Shown here in pieces: positions 56,211 through 64,000 of a stretch of DNA of 64,000 nucleotides (position 1 is its first letter; each line of letters opens with the position of its first letter). The notes below the pieces were generated by a model that was not told the origin of the DNA, did no database searches, and saw only the letters and a list, made by a program, of their open reading frames with translations. Location: NCBI GenBank assembly GCA_036269115.1, contig DATAST010000262.1, positions 3,386 to 67,385 of the forward strand, read 5' to 3'. Made by a program: the position numbers and the translations under genes. Origin of the DNA: Verrucomicrobiia bacterium. GTDB lineage: Bacteria; Verrucomicrobiota; Verrucomicrobiia; Limisphaerales; UBA11358.

Positions 56211-57098
56211 ATGAACGTCCATCATCTCGAACTGTTTTATTACGTTGCCCGGCATGGAGGCATCATGCCCGCCGTGCGAAATATTCCCTACGGCATCCAG
56301 CAACCCGCCGTCAGCTCGCAGATCGCCCAACTGGAAGAGTATCTGGGTGCGGTCCTTTTCCAGCGAAGGCCGTTCGCCCTGACCGCCGAAGGCCAAAAAC
56401 TGTTCGAATTTATCCAGCCCTTTTTTTCGAACCTGAATAAAATTGCGACCGACCTCCAGGGTGGCCAGACGCGACAGATTCGCATCGGCGCATCCACGAT
56501 CGTTTTGCGGGATCATTTGCCAGAGGTTTTTCATACGATCCGAAAGAAATTTCCCGGCCTCAAACTTTCGCTCCGCGAGGGTTATCCCGCGCAACTTGAG
56601 CAAATGCTCGAACAGGATGAAGTAGACCTTGTGTTCACGGTCATTGAAAAGAAGGCCCCAGCCGGCGCCCAGTCGACGACCATGCTTGAATTGCCGCTGG
56701 TGCTGCTGGTGCCAAAGGAAAGCCGCTACCAGTCAGCGGGGGAGCTCTGGCGGCGTGATAAAATTGACGAACCCCTCATTTGCCTGCCCGCCGCCGAAAG
56801 CATCTGCAAAAAATTTCAAGATGAACTGCAAAAGCGCGGCGTGGATTGGTTTCCGGCCATCGAGGCCAGTTCCGTGGATTTGATTGAAGCCTATGTGGCC
56901 AGCGGTTTGGGCTTTGGCGTATCCATCGCTATTCCACGCAAAAGCCTGTCGCCCGCCGTGCGCGCCCTGCCCCTGGATGGATTTCCCCCGCTCGTCATCG
57001 GCGCCCTTTGGCGTGGCCGGAAAAACTCTTTAATCGACACCTTCCTTACCGAAGCCCACAAACGCGCCAAACAAGTTTGGGGAGCTGGGAAAAAGTAA
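56211..57098 (+). CDS. LysR-family transcriptional regulator
   Basis: It has the N-terminal wHTH LELFYYVARHGGI...A.....QPAVSSQIAQLE and a substrate-binding domain. It is 295 aa. Confidence 0.88.
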   Translation: MNVHHLELFYYVARHGGIMPAVRNIPYGIQQPAVSSQIAQLEEYLGAVLFQRRPFALTAEGQKLFEFIQPFFSNLNKIATDLQGGQTRQIRIGASTIVLRDHLPEVFHTIRKKFPGLKLSLREGYPAQLEQMLEQDEVDLVFTVIEKKAPAGAQSTTMLELPLVLLVPKESRYQSAGELWRRDKIDEPLICLPAAESICKKFQDELQKRGVDWFPAIEASSVDLIEAYVASGLGFGVSIAIPRKSLSPAVRALPLDGFPPLVIGALWRGRKNSLIDTFLTEAHKRAKQVWGAGKK

Positions 57099-57101
57099 AA
57101 G

Positions 57102-58184
57102 CTATTTTGCAGCCGCCGCATTCTCCGGCCGAAGAATCACTTCCCGGCCTTTCCAACTGGGCCGGCCGATGTGGCTGAAACCACCCAACCGATAGCGCCA
57201 TGAAACTCCATAAAAAGGATTGCCCGTGGGCCAAAATGAAATCATGTCCACGCCAATTTCCTTTGCCATTTCGATGGCTCGTTGGATTGTTTTGGGAGAA
57301 TCATTCCAGTTAAACAGCAGGTATTTCCATTCCAAAATAGGCATCTTCAAGCCGCGCGCGTCACGATAGGCCGCCATTTGCTTCATCGCGTCGTAAGCTT
57401 TTTCAAAACTGCCGCGCTTCATGTATTTGCCGCACATATCGTCGCTGATGCCATGGACGGAAAATTGGATGTCGCTCAAATTCAGCGCGGCTTCGCGCTT
57501 GGCCTCCGTGTTCAATAAAACGCCGTTGGTCGATATACGAATGTAAGCATTCGGGTTTTTTGAGCGGAGCAGCGGCAGTTCCTGGCAGACGCCTGGCGAT
57601 AGAAACGGTTCGCCCAGGTTCAAATAAAAGATTCGCTGCATTCCCAGCCGCGCGGCAATATCGGCCATTTGCCCCAGTTCATTCAGGGGCATTGTTTTCC
57701 GGGTCCGGATGTCCGCTGCCCCCTCACGCGCGCAGCCGATGCAATCCACGTTGCAGATGACGGTGTTCTCCAAAAGCATCCCGCGATAGGGCAAACGCGG
57801 TTTTGCCGGCGTCTCCCCGCGTTTCAGCTGGCGCAATTCACAGCGCGAGCAAGTTGGAATCGGAATTTTTCCCCGGGCCAGTTCGTCACGAAATTTCTGC
57901 GCCGTCTCGCCAAAAAAGATTTCCTCAAAGGTATTCTTTCTCAAGTCGCCAATGTGCCCGCTGCCGTCGTAGTCCTGGCAATTGCATGAAACGGTCAAAT
58001 CCGAATTGATGGTCATGTTATACTCCGATTCTCCCTGGAGAACCGTGCAAACATATTTTCGGCCCGTGATTTTCGCGCGGATTTCGAGCCAGCGCGACAT
58101 CGTCCACCGAAGGACCTTGCTCACGCGCCAGTTCAGGCGTGTTTTGGGGTCGCGGATGGATCGTGATGTAGGCGAAGCCGCCAT
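57102..58184 (-). CDS. radical SAM protein with an N-terminal SPASM/twitch-like Cys-rich module
   Basis: The CNVDCIGC (CxxxCxxC) motif lies at about residue 130 of the 360-aa version. It is preceded by SCNC...GHIGDL..NTFEEIF......FR......C..C. The start is uncertain (GTG 58289, ATG 58184 or ATG 58100). Confidence 0.7.
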   Translation of the reverse strand: MAASPTSRSIRDPKTRLNWRVSKVLRWTMSRWLEIRAKITGRKYVCTVLQGESEYNMTINSDLTVSCNCQDYDGSGHIGDLRKNTFEEIFFGETAQKFRDELARGKIPIPTCSRCELRQLKRGETPAKPRLPYRGMLLENTVICNVDCIGCAREGAADIRTRKTMPLNELGQMADIAARLGMQRIFYLNLGEPFLSPGVCQELPLLRSKNPNAYIRISTNGVLLNTEAKREAALNLSDIQFSVHGISDDMCGKYMKRGSFEKAYDAMKQMAAYRDARGLKMPILEWKYLLFNWNDSPKTIQRAIEMAKEIGVDMISFWPTGNPFYGVSWRYRLGGFSHIGRPSWKGREVILRPENAAAAK

Positions 58185-58261
58185 GGAAACAGAATACCAA
58201 AGACATTGGGAGATTCCAAGCACCAACCTGCCAATTGCGGAATCTGAGGTTCGCTTTCCGC

Positions 58262-60208
58262 TTACTTTTTCATTTCTGCCACGTACCACTCCTGCGGCCC
58301 TTCTGCGACCTTCACGGTCTCATTTGTCTCGGCGACAATTTTCGCGCCCGTCCGTTGCAACCAATCCTCCAGCGTAATGCCGCGCAATTTCAAATTCAGC
58401 CCGCCAACCACGGCGTAATCAACCTTTTCCTTTCGAAAAAGGTCCGGAGGATCGCTCAACAAAAAATGTTCCACCCGCCGCGAACCGAACGGCAGCCATA
58501 ATGATATATCACAATCGTCCTCCGCGCCGATGAAACCGACCACTTGAATGCCCCCGGGCAACAGAGTTCGCACATCGGCCAGTGGATCGGAGCGCCTGGC
58601 ATAGACGGCGTACACATGTTGCGCGCGCACAACCAGATGGCTGGACGGGTGCCGCGCAGCCAGCCAGCCCAAAACTCTTTGCGCGGGCCACAGAGGCCGG
58701 TCAGGCACCAATACCAGGACCATCAACGCCAGCACCATGACGCCGCCCGCCAGCGCGCGCCACCAGGCGCGGCCAACGAGATCTGACTGTCCACGGCCGA
58801 TCAGCAAAAGAGGAGCCAGCAAGGGATAATACGGGGCAATCAGGCGATCGGGCGTCACCATCCCCGTTTTCATACAGTACGCCAGCAACGCCGCCCACGG
58901 CGCGAGCATGACAAGTGTGGTAAATACACCGCGCCGCGGTGTGCGCGTTTGCGCTGAATTGGCAGTCCGGTCACCATGCGATTTGCGCCTGGCAGCAAAA
59001 CCGCCAATGACTGAAATTACCAGCAAGAGGCTCACACCAAATCCAATTCCGCTCCAGTCCTCGGTGGGCAATTCACCCAACCATAAAAAACCATCCTCAA
59101 AGTTCCGGACCATCGGCGCGCTCAGCCAGTGTGGCAGCGCCAACAACGCATTTTGGTTCCACCAACCTGCAAAGGGAAAGAACGGCGGTGTGAAATTGTC
59201 CAAAAGAAGCAGAAACGCATTGCCCCAAATACCGACAAAAGGATTTTTCATGTTCATCCCTTCCTGTTCGATAGACAATCCCGACCAATCATGGCCTGGA
59301 ATGTAATACCAGTTCAGGATGGCGCTGGGCAAAAATGACACTACCGCCGCGATCACCAACACCGCCCCGGTGCCAGCGACATTTCGTTTGAACACAGGAA
59401 GGCAAGGCACCATGGCAATCGCCCAGGGCAACAGCAAAGGCAGGTTGCTCGCTTTAGCGCCGGTCAGCAATGCCGCCGCCAAAATTGAGAGCCACAAATC
59501 TCCAATCGCTGTGGGGGACGCCGCCGTGCCGTCTTTGCCACTGGCCGCGCCGCGCAAGGCAAAATAGATGGCTGCCAGCGCGTAAACCGTTGGAAATGTA
59601 TCATTGGCATTGCCGCCGGCCTGCAGCAGAAACGTATAGCCGCTCGGCAGGATCCACATCCAATGCCACGCAACTCGTGCGCGCACTCCCAACTGAATAA
59701 AAACACTGTAAATCAGTCCGGGTAAAAGCAGAAATGGCAGAAAATTGAGCAGGAACAAACCGCGCGTGGAATTGGTGAACAGCAATAACGGCGCCGACAG
59801 CCATTCTATGCCGCAAGCGCGATCGTTCATCCGATAATCGGTCGTGTGCACCCATATCCAGTGCCCGTGCGAAAGCCACTGCAATACCCGCCCGGCACGA
59901 TACGTCAATCCGGTATAATTAGCGGGCGGGTAAATTGCCCCGCCGATAAGCACCAAAACCGCCAGCACGAGAAAGCAAAATGGCAAAGGACGGCGAAAAC
60001 GGCGAAACGCCTTTTGCACAGCCAAAGAGAGCCTTTCGACCGAAAACCCAAAACTCTCTCGTTTTAGAAAAATAAAAACCGCGAATAGCGCAAACGCGGC
60101 CGTGTAACCAATTCGGTTTAGCTCACCGAACACCGAAAGGAGCCAACCCGCAACCGTGGCGAAAACCGAAATCCAAATCCAAAGCTGAAGAATTGGCCGA
60201 TAAGACAT
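58262..60208 (-). CDS. large polytopic membrane protein (GT-C/O-antigen-polymerase-like) with a C-terminal soluble domain
   Basis: It is 648 aa with at least 12 TM segments and a roughly 130-aa hydrophilic tail. No confident family is recognised. Confidence 0.5.
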   Translation of the reverse strand: MSYRPILQLWIWISVFATVAGWLLSVFGELNRIGYTAAFALFAVFIFLKRESFGFSVERLSLAVQKAFRRFRRPLPFCFLVLAVLVLIGGAIYPPANYTGLTYRAGRVLQWLSHGHWIWVHTTDYRMNDRACGIEWLSAPLLLFTNSTRGLFLLNFLPFLLLPGLIYSVFIQLGVRARVAWHWMWILPSGYTFLLQAGGNANDTFPTVYALAAIYFALRGAASGKDGTAASPTAIGDLWLSILAAALLTGAKASNLPLLLPWAIAMVPCLPVFKRNVAGTGAVLVIAAVVSFLPSAILNWYYIPGHDWSGLSIEQEGMNMKNPFVGIWGNAFLLLLDNFTPPFFPFAGWWNQNALLALPHWLSAPMVRNFEDGFLWLGELPTEDWSGIGFGVSLLLVISVIGGFAARRKSHGDRTANSAQTRTPRRGVFTTLVMLAPWAALLAYCMKTGMVTPDRLIAPYYPLLAPLLLIGRGQSDLVGRAWWRALAGGVMVLALMVLVLVPDRPLWPAQRVLGWLAARHPSSHLVVRAQHVYAVYARRSDPLADVRTLLPGGIQVVGFIGAEDDCDISLWLPFGSRRVEHFLLSDPPDLFRKEKVDYAVVGGLNLKLRGITLEDWLQRTGAKIVAETNETVKVAEGPQEWYVAEMKK

Positions 60209-60294
60209 TTTTTGAATAGCCCACGCTATTTAGATTTCAAATCGCGGTCAAACTGAATGTCATGAATCGCGAATCCATTCCACGGCAATTTATT

Positions 60295-61425
60295 TCACGG
60301 CCGGAATTTCCAATATTCGTCAGGCGCGGTCCCGACGCGTTCCATCCCCGCGCGCCGAAATTGTTCGAGCGACTCTCCGGTCTGGAGCAAATAGTAGAGG
60401 TCGGAAATCACCGACCGCTCATCTCCAATGTAAGTATGACCAAAAAAGCTGGTGTCTACCGCGGTCGCGTCAATCGTGTCTGTGCCGGGAATCACGGTGG
60501 GCGATGGGAAACTTTCACCCAGCCGTTGATGCCCGTTATAAAATGACCTTGATACAGCCAGCGCTTTGTCGTTTGAAGAAGCATAAATGGTAACAAAAGG
60601 CGAATTGGTGGAAACGATTTGCGGCGCGATTTGCGTTTTAAAGACCACAGAATCAATGTCCGGCGCCGCCAGAATGATTTCTTTGAATCGTCTTGCGGCG
60701 GCGGGATGCGTCGCGGCCAAAGAGGCAAAGGCCATGGCCAGCGCGTGGCAGCCCATACTGTGCGCAATGACATAGATATTCGTCGCGCCGCAATTGACCG
60801 CAAAATCGTTCAAGAATTCTTCCAGATGGCTTTCCGAATACTCAATGCTCTGCTCGTCCCGGGTGTATCCGAATACATTGCCCTGCGAGGGCCAACTGTA
60901 AAAAACCGGGGCGCCGTCAAAGCCAAGATCGTAGGAAAGCTGCGCCGTTCGGCGCGCAGCCTCGGCAAAACTGATGTTGAATCCGTGGATGAAAACAAAG
61001 GCGCGCTTTCCGGGCGCGCTGTTAACATCGCCATTTATCGCGTCAAAAAAGTTGGTTCGGGCCTGTGGGATAATTTGCAACAGAGCCACATTCTTATTGG
61101 GGTCTGAATGAACTTCGAGCTTCCAAATCAAAGGAGATTCAAGCTCGCCCATGCGATGGTCGCGCGGAATACTCACCAGGCAGGTCCCGTAACTGAGGTC
61201 TCCATAGTCGGCGCCGAACATCCGTGCCGGGGATTCGCTCGAAGTGAGATTTCGATCGGTCGCATAAAACACCCGGACCAATGCGTATTTCTTTTTTGAA
61301 ACCCATTTGGGCGAAGACTGGTGCCCGTGCTTTGGCGTGTGTGCGCATCCCTGAACCAGAAGCAAAAGAACTCCAAAACTTAAGAAGAGCTTTCGCATAA
61401 TTCTGTTTCTCAAAATAATCGGCAA
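60295..61425 (-). CDS. DUF900-type alpha/beta hydrolase lipoprotein
   Basis: It has the lipobox LVQGC, FIHGFN, and the nucleophile elbow AHSMG. The start may be the ATG at 61398. Confidence 0.7.
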   Translation of the reverse strand: MPIILRNRIMRKLFLSFGVLLLLVQGCAHTPKHGHQSSPKWVSKKKYALVRVFYATDRNLTSSESPARMFGADYGDLSYGTCLVSIPRDHRMGELESPLIWKLEVHSDPNKNVALLQIIPQARTNFFDAINGDVNSAPGKRAFVFIHGFNISFAEAARRTAQLSYDLGFDGAPVFYSWPSQGNVFGYTRDEQSIEYSESHLEEFLNDFAVNCGATNIYVIAHSMGCHALAMAFASLAATHPAAARRFKEIILAAPDIDSVVFKTQIAPQIVSTNSPFVTIYASSNDKALAVSRSFYNGHQRLGESFPSPTVIPGTDTIDATAVDTSFFGHTYIGDERSVISDLYYLLQTGESLEQFRRAGMERVGTAPDEYWKFRP

Positions 61426-61465
61426 GCGTCGGTTTCTAAATTGCTTCGATGCTTAAACAATCGTA

Positions 61466-61490
61466 TTGTGAATGGCAACATTTTTCACAA
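61466..61490. promoter_or_regulatory. candidate operator TTGTGAA-N11-TTCACAA in a divergent promoter region
   Basis: This perfect 7-bp inverted repeat lies between the DUF900 gene and the exosortase gene. Confidence 0.3.
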
Positions 61491-61621
61491 GCCGCCCGGC
61501 CGGTTCCGGATCACGTCCTTGTCCGGGTCCATGCGGGCGAAATCAGGCCCAATTGGCTTAGTGCGTTAACGTTTTTTTATTGAATCTTTTGGGCTTTTTG
61601 GCAGTCTAATGTCGGATTTGC

Positions 61622-62632
61622 GTGTCAATGAACGGACCTCAACCCATAAACAATTTTGACGATTTCTGGCGGGATACAGCCGACTGCTGGCAAAGGCTGC
61701 CAAATAAAGCTTTCTTCTTCGTCCTGCTGGCGGCGTGGCTGGGGCTATTTCATTTTCTCGGGAATTCCATTTTAGGCTACGTCCATACACCATCGCTGTT
61801 CCAATGGATGTACCACGCCTACAATGGCACCTCGAATGAGAGTGCGGTGGACGACAAACACGGAAATATAATCCCGTTTCTGGTTGTGGGACTGTTTTGG
61901 TGGAAGCGCCACGAATTGCTCAATTCCCGACTGCAATTCTGGGGGCCCGGTTTGGTGATCCTGATCTTCGCGATGGTGCTACAAGTGCTGGCTTACGCGA
62001 TCCAGGTGCCGCAAGTATCTATCGTGGCCTTATTTGCAGGAGTTTATGGATTGATGGCCCTCGCCTGGGGGACGGAATGGCTTCGCAAAAGCTTTTTCCC
62101 TTTCTTTCTTTTCGCCTTTTCGGTCCCGCTCGGCGCCCACTCCACTTTCATAACTTTTCCGTTGCGACTCCTCGTGACCTGGCTGGTTGAGGTTATTTCT
62201 CACATTTTTGGCATCGATGTCATCCGCGTGGGCACTCAATTGATCGATCCCAGCGGCTCATTCCAATACGATGTCGCGCCGGCTTGCAGCGGCATTCGCA
62301 GCCTGGTCGCCATATTTCTGTTGGCGACTGTTTATGCGTTTTTCATGTTTCGGTCCGCCTGGAAACGAATCCTCCTAATAGCGCTTGCCTGCCCGTTTGC
62401 GGTTTTGGCAAACATGTTGCGCCTTTTAATGGTCATTATTGCCGCTGAAATAGGCGGCCAAAAAGTGGGAGATTGGGTCCATGACAATTGGTTTACCAGC
62501 GTTCTGCCGTATGCACCCGCCTTTATTGGGTTTCTCTTTGTCGGACAAGTGCTTGAAAAATCTGAGGCAAAATCAGTAGTTGCGGAAAAGGACGAAACCG
62601 GCCCGGAAGTTGCATCAAAGCCGATAATATGA
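61622..62632 (+). CDS. exosortase (EpsH/Xrt family)
   Basis: It is a polytopic protein with the catalytic-type motifs APACSGIRS and ANMLR plus a conserved His. The start is GTG 61622 or ATG 61628. Confidence 0.82.
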   Translation: MSMNGPQPINNFDDFWRDTADCWQRLPNKAFFFVLLAAWLGLFHFLGNSILGYVHTPSLFQWMYHAYNGTSNESAVDDKHGNIIPFLVVGLFWWKRHELLNSRLQFWGPGLVILIFAMVLQVLAYAIQVPQVSIVALFAGVYGLMALAWGTEWLRKSFFPFFLFAFSVPLGAHSTFITFPLRLLVTWLVEVISHIFGIDVIRVGTQLIDPSGSFQYDVAPACSGIRSLVAIFLLATVYAFFMFRSAWKRILLIALACPFAVLANMLRLLMVIIAAEIGGQKVGDWVHDNWFTSVLPYAPAFIGFLFVGQVLEKSEAKSVVAEKDETGPEVASKPII

Positions 62633-63342
62633 AACATCCGAAATGGACATTTCTGGTTGTGGCACTGGTCCTGATTGCCGGGACCGCCGCCGCGTTGGCG
62701 TGGCTGCGCGCCAATCAGAAGCTTGGTGAACCCGGTGTCATAGCCACGCAGATCCCCGGGCAGGTCCAAATGCAGATCGCCCTGCCCGAACACGTATTAG
62801 ATTTCACGTCCACAAACATCCCGGAACCAGCCGTTGTGCTCGGTTATTTGCCGCCTGATACCAGCTACGCTGAACGCATGTATTCCGCCCCAAACGGCTT
62901 ACGGATTCAATCCACGGCGATTTTGATGGGTGCCGACCGCACGAGCATTCATCGCCCGGAATATTGCCTGCCAGGCCAGGGCTGGAGGATAGACAAAAAG
63001 GAGACCGCGACGATTCCCATCATTGATAAAACGCCTTATCAATTGCAATTGGCGAGATGGAATCTCAGCACGTCCATCCAGCAACCTGACGGCAGCAAAG
63101 CCACAGCTTTCGCGGTCTATGTTTATTGGTACGTGACCAAAGATGACGAAACTCCCGACCACGACAAAATGCTGGAGAAAATGACTCTTCATTTATTCCG
63201 CACCGGCGATTTGCAGCGATGGGCCTACATCTCCTATTTTACCGTATGCGGACCGGAACAACAGGACGCAGCCTTCAGCGAGATTAAACGATTCATCATC
63301 GCCCAGGTCCCGCAATTTCAGCTGCCGCTACCTGCAAAATAA
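62629..63342 (+). CDS. exosortase-associated EpsI-family protein
   Basis: It has an N-terminal TM and the motif HRPEYCLPGQGW. It overlaps the exosortase stop by 4 nt. Confidence 0.8.
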   Translation: MKHPKWTFLVVALVLIAGTAAALAWLRANQKLGEPGVIATQIPGQVQMQIALPEHVLDFTSTNIPEPAVVLGYLPPDTSYAERMYSAPNGLRIQSTAILMGADRTSIHRPEYCLPGQGWRIDKKETATIPIIDKTPYQLQLARWNLSTSIQQPDGSKATAFAVYVYWYVTKDDETPDHDKMLEKMTLHLFRTGDLQRWAYISYFTVCGPEQQDAAFSEIKRFIIAQVPQFQLPLPAK

Positions 63343-63345
63343 GAA

Positions 63346-64000
63346 ATGCTCCGACGTGACCAACATATCCGAACGCAACTGAATCAGATTGCGGACGCGT
63401 GCATTTTCTCAGCCAGCTTCCTCTTCGCCTACCTCCTGCGCTCTGACCCGCGGATCATCGATGCCCTGGGCCTGATCCCCGCAACTCCGTTTAACGATTT
63501 TGCGAAGCTGTTTTTTGTGCTCTTTCCCGGGGCGCCGCTGATTTTGGAGTGGCAGGGATTTTACAATCGTGCGCCCCTGGCGCCGCGATCGGCAGTTCTT
63601 TGGCCCCTATTAAAGGGTTGCGCCGTTGCGACCCTGGGATTGATCGCCGTTGGTTACGTTTTTCAGCTGCAAGTGGCCCGCACCATCATGATCGCATTCG
63701 GCTGCATTTCTTTTTTCGCCGTATTTGCAAAGGAAGAAATCGTTCGATTGTTTCTTAAGAGCAAAATGGCGCAATCGCAATACCGCCGGCGTTTTATCGT
63801 TGCCGGAAACGACAAGGAAATTGCCAAAATGCGGCAGGAGATAGAGGCCCAGGGAGACGAAGGGATCGAGATTGTCGCCGAACTGAACATGAATCAAATG
63901 GGCGCTCAGGAATTGATCCAATTATTGCATGAGCATTCCGCCTACGGTGTCATTTTGAGAGCGCGCCACACCTATTTCGAGCAAATCGAAAATGTAATCA
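63346..64000 (+). CDS. polyprenyl glycosylphosphotransferase (WbaP/EpsB-type initiating sugar transferase), N-terminal part, runs off the right edge
   Basis: The manually translated frame-1 ORF from ATG 63346 has no stop up to the window end. It has N-terminal TM segments followed by RRFIVAGNDKEIAKM (Rossmann-like linker domain). Confidence 0.7.
   Translation, partial: MLRRDQHIRTQLNQIADACIFSASFLFAYLLRSDPRIIDALGLIPATPFNDFAKLFFVLFPGAPLILEWQGFYNRAPLAPRSAVLWPLLKGCAVATLGLIAVGYVFQLQVARTIMIAFGCISFFAVFAKEEIVRLFLKSKMAQSQYRRRFIVAGNDKEIAKMRQEIEAQGDEGIEIVAELNMNQMGAQELIQLLHEHSAYGVILRARHTYFEQIENVI

Overview
This is a 64-kb chromosomal segment of mid-to-high GC. Gene content (autotransporter-type beta-strand repeats fused to a glycoside hydrolase, an exosortase/EpsI locus, TAT-signal glycosidases, a TMTC-like TPR protein) and the dispersed repeat families suggest a Verrucomicrobiota/PVC-type bacterium; that assignment is inference only. 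Most of the window is ordinary: proA, pyrE, ptsN, argS, dnaN, a NifS-like desulfurase, trpF-tag-trpB, a two-component system, tig, hisH, a DinG-like helicase and a glycan-utilisation cluster. The strongest non-ordinary signal is at the left edge. On the minus strand, three small promoterless ORFs are separated by two elements with every hallmark of integron attC sites: RYYYAAC...GTTRRRY ends, paired inner boxes with an extra bulged G, and variable centres. No integrase or attI is present before proA, so this is a cassette array running off the window (a CALIN, i.e. an attC cluster lacking an integrase, or a truncated integron). Other notable items are listed here. There is a family of GTAG-headed GC-rich palindromes (REP-like), one of which sits in-frame inside an M20 peptidase gene. 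Two copies of a roughly 180-250 bp MITE-like element with 32-bp terminal inverted repeats are present. An SMI1/KNR4 immunity-type gene is bracketed exactly by a 200-270 bp direct repeat. A roughly 350-bp periodic inverted repeat lies between convergent genes. One SRPBCC gene is frameshifted. A radical SAM gene carries its SPASM-like Cys-rich module at the N-terminus, and it sits in a membrane-protein/DUF900 hydrolase block beside the exosortase-EpsI-sugar transferase locus. No rRNA, tRNA or CRISPR array was seen. All family assignments come from reading motifs by eye and need HMM confirmation.
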